Below, one piece after another: positions 22,223 to 24,000 of a stretch of 24,000 nucleotides of DNA; the first letter of the stretch is position 1; each line of letters starts with the position of its first letter. The stretch is from assembly GCA_903835685.1 (NCBI GenBank), contig CAILNX010000062.1, positions 4,204 to 28,203 of the forward strand, in the 5' to 3' direction. Source of the stretch: an uncultured delta proteobacterium (GTDB taxonomy: Bacteria > Desulfobacterota > Desulfovibrionia > Desulfovibrionales > Desulfovibrionaceae). A model generated the notes under the pieces. That model saw only the letters and a program-made list of their open reading frames with translations, made no database searches and was not told the origin of the DNA. Position numbers and translations under genes: made by a program.

Positions 22223-24000
22223 TCACGACGTCCGAAACGTGGAAAAGTTATAGCTCATCCCTCCGCGTTTAAAGGGTTCTTCGCAGGCCGCCACGATCAG
22301 GTTCGCCAACGCCTCCGGGCTCATTTCGCCCGGATCGTCGCCTAAGCGGGAGCGCACGTTGACGGTCTCGGCCGCCACTTCCTTGTCGCCCGTCACCAGC
22401 ATGAAAGGTATTTTTTCCATCTGGGCTTCGCGGATCTTGTACCCCAACTTTTCGTTGCGAGTGTCCGCCTCAGCACGGATGCCCTTTTTGGTCAAAAACT
22501 GCAAGACCTTTTCAGCGTACTCGTTTTGCGCGTCGGTCACGGTCACGATGCGGGCCTGGACCGGGGCGAGCCACAGGGGCAAGGCCCCGGCGCAGTGCTC
22601 GATGAGCACCCCGATGAAGCGCTCGACCGAGCCCAGGATCACCCGGTGGAGCATGACCGGCCGGTGCCGGTTCCCGTCCTGGCCCACGTAGGCCAGATCG
22701 AATCTCTCGGGCAGGGTGAAGTCGCACTGGATGGTGGCGCACTGCCAACTCCGCTCCAGGGCGTCCTTGATCTTGATGTCGATTTTTGGCCCGTAGAAGG
22801 CCCCGTCGCCCTCGTTGATCTCATAGGCCAGGCCGATGGAGTCCAGGGCGTTTTTCAGGGCGTCCGTGGCCCGGTCCCAGTCCTCGTCGCTGCCGATGGA
22901 CTTGTCCGGCCGGGTGCTGATCTCGGCCGTGAAGTCGAATCCGAACACACCCATGACGTCGCGCACGAAATTCACCACGCCCACGATCTCGTCGCGCAGT
23001 TGGTCCGGGCGGCAGAGGATGTGCGCGTCGTCCTGGGTGAACTGGCGCACGCGCAGAAGCCCATGCAGGACCCCGGACTTCTCGTGGCGGTGCACCACGC
23101 CCAGCTCGAAATAGCGATGCGGCAGGTCCCGGTAGCTTCGGGTCTTGGACTTGAAGATGAGCATGTGGGCCAGGCAGTTCATGGGCTTGATGCCGTACTC
23201 CACCTCGTCGATCTCGGTGAAATACATGTTCTCGCGGTAGTTCTCGTAGTGCCCGGAACGCTCCCAGAGCTCTTTCTTCAAAATCTGGGGGCCGACCACG
23301 ATGTCGTAGCCGCGCTTCAAATGCTCCTTGCGCTCGAAATCCTCGATGATGGTGCGCACCAGCGCGCCCTTGGGATGCCACAGGGCCATGCCCCCGCCCA
23401 CGTCCTCGTGGAAGCTGAACAGGTCGAGCTGGGTGCCCAGCTTGCGGTGGTCGCGCTTCTTGGCTTCTTCAAGGTAGGTCAGGTACTTGGCCAGGTCCTT
23501 GGGGCTGGCGAAGGCCGTGCCGTAGATGCGCTGGAGCATGGGGTTGCGCTCGTCCCCGCGCCAGTAGGCCCCGGCCACGCTCATGAGCTTGAAGGCCTTG
23601 AGCATGCCCGTGCGCGGCAGGTGCGGCCCCCGGCAAAGGTCCACGAAGCCGCCGTTCTTGTAGATGGATACGGTCTTGGCCCCGGTCCGCTCGGCGATGT
23701 CGTCGATGAGTTCGATCTTATAGGTCTCGCCCATGTGCCCGAACACGGTGCGGGCCTCGTCCAGGGTCAGCTCCGAGCGGGTGAAGTCCTCGTTCTTGCC
23801 CACGATGCGGGTCATCTCGGTCTCGATGGCGACCAGATCCTCGGGGGTGAAGGGCCGGGAGTATTCGAAATCGTAGTAGAAGCCGGAGTCGATGGCCGGG
23901 CCGATGGTCACCTTGGCCTCGGGAAACAGGCGCTTGACCGCCTCGGCCATGATGTGCGCGGCCGAGTGGCGGGTGAGCGTAAGCCCCTCGGGGGATTCGG
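22223..24000 (-). CDS. thrS: Threonine--tRNA ligase (5' end lies outside the window)
   Basis: The frame stays open to the window edge. ...[30 protein letters not shown] and class II motifs ([44 protein letters not shown]) are typical ThrRS. thrS-infC-rpmI-rplT-pheS-pheT synteny matches. Confidence 0.95.
   Translation of the reverse strand, partial: ESPEGLTLTRHSAAHIMAEAVKRLFPEAKVTIGPAIDSGFYYDFEYSRPFTPEDLVAIETEMTRIVGKNEDFTRSELTLDEARTVFGHMGETYKIELIDDIAERTGAKTVSIYKNGGFVDLCRGPHLPRTGMLKAFKLMSVAGAYWRGDERNPMLQRIYGTAFASPKDLAKYLTYLEEAKKRDHRKLGTQLDLFSFHEDVGGGMALWHPKGALVRTIIEDFERKEHLKRGYDIVVGPQILKKELWERSGHYENYRENMYFTEIDEVEYGIKPMNCLAHMLIFKSKTRSYRDLPHRYFELGVVHRHEKSGVLHGLLRVRQFTQDDAHILCRPDQLRDEIVGVVNFVRDVMGVFGFDFTAEISTRPDKSIGSDEDWDRATDALKNALDSIGLAYEINEGDGAFYGPKIDIKIKDALERSWQCATIQCDFTLPERFDLAYVGQDGNRHRPVMLHRVILGSVERFIGVLIEHCAGALPLWLAPVQARIVTVTDAQNEYAEKVLQFLTKKGIRAEADTRNEKLGYKIREAQMEKIPFMLVTGDKEVAAETVNVRSRLGDDPGEMSPEALANLIVAACEEPFKRGGMSYNFSTFRTS

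Noticed and set aside
22198-22251. AUA at 22251 as the infC start, which would give a 29-nt overlap with thrS
   Set aside because: It cannot be excluded, since GGAGGG lies 7 nt upstream. However, third-position GC in this stretch is low in the infC frame and high in the thrS frame. The AUC at 22197 also has a perfect AAGGAGG. AUA is therefore kept only as an alternative.
1-24000. CRISPR arrays, tRNA/rRNA genes, IS elements, integrases, toxin-antitoxin pairs and prophage remnants
   Set aside because: No regularly spaced direct repeats were found, and no cloverleaf-compatible segments in the intergenic regions I inspected. No transposase, integrase or recombinase motifs appear in any ORF. The only low-GC stretches are short intergenic segments.

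Overview
High-GC (roughly two-thirds G+C by eye) chromosomal window. From gene content and protein style it looks like a sulfate-reducing deltaproteobacterium (Desulfovibrionales-like); that is inference, not a search result. Most of it is core housekeeping. Order: yidC (3' fragment)-jag-mnmE on the plus strand; a minus-strand chemotaxis block (Rrf2 regulator -> MCP -> cheW, then a second MCP with its own terminator-delimited unit); an exported caspase-like protease fused to a non-catalytic FGE/SUMF1-fold domain; pyk; a Methyltransf_24-like hypothetical; a small exported Lys-rich protein; purM; a DHH/DHHA1 phosphoesterase; a PUA/ASCH-like hypothetical, divergent from a CI-like HTH regulator whose S24 peptidase domain has lost both catalytic residues; and the classic thrS(partial)-infC-rpmI-rplT-pheS-pheT block on the minus strand. 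I found no rRNA, tRNA, CRISPR array, transposase, integrase or obvious prophage. I found no convincing multi-gene novel system. Observations worth a second look: (1) a family of very AT-rich palindromes sharing the exact 12-mer GAAGAATAAGAA (three exact copies plus one degenerate), three of which bracket pheS and pheT; (2) an unusually long pheS-pheT spacer ending in an intrinsic-terminator-like hairpin that abuts the pheT ribosome-binding site; (3) the exported caspase-FGE-fold fusion; (4) a full chemoreceptor zinc-binding (CZB) motif located between the two transmembrane helices of an MCP, so predicted periplasmic; (5) the pseudo-peptidase CI-like regulator, preceded by two related palindromes 64 bp apart that differ by a compensated base pair; (6) infC with no possible AUG/GUG/UUG start. 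All domain calls come from reading motifs in the translations. No database search was run.
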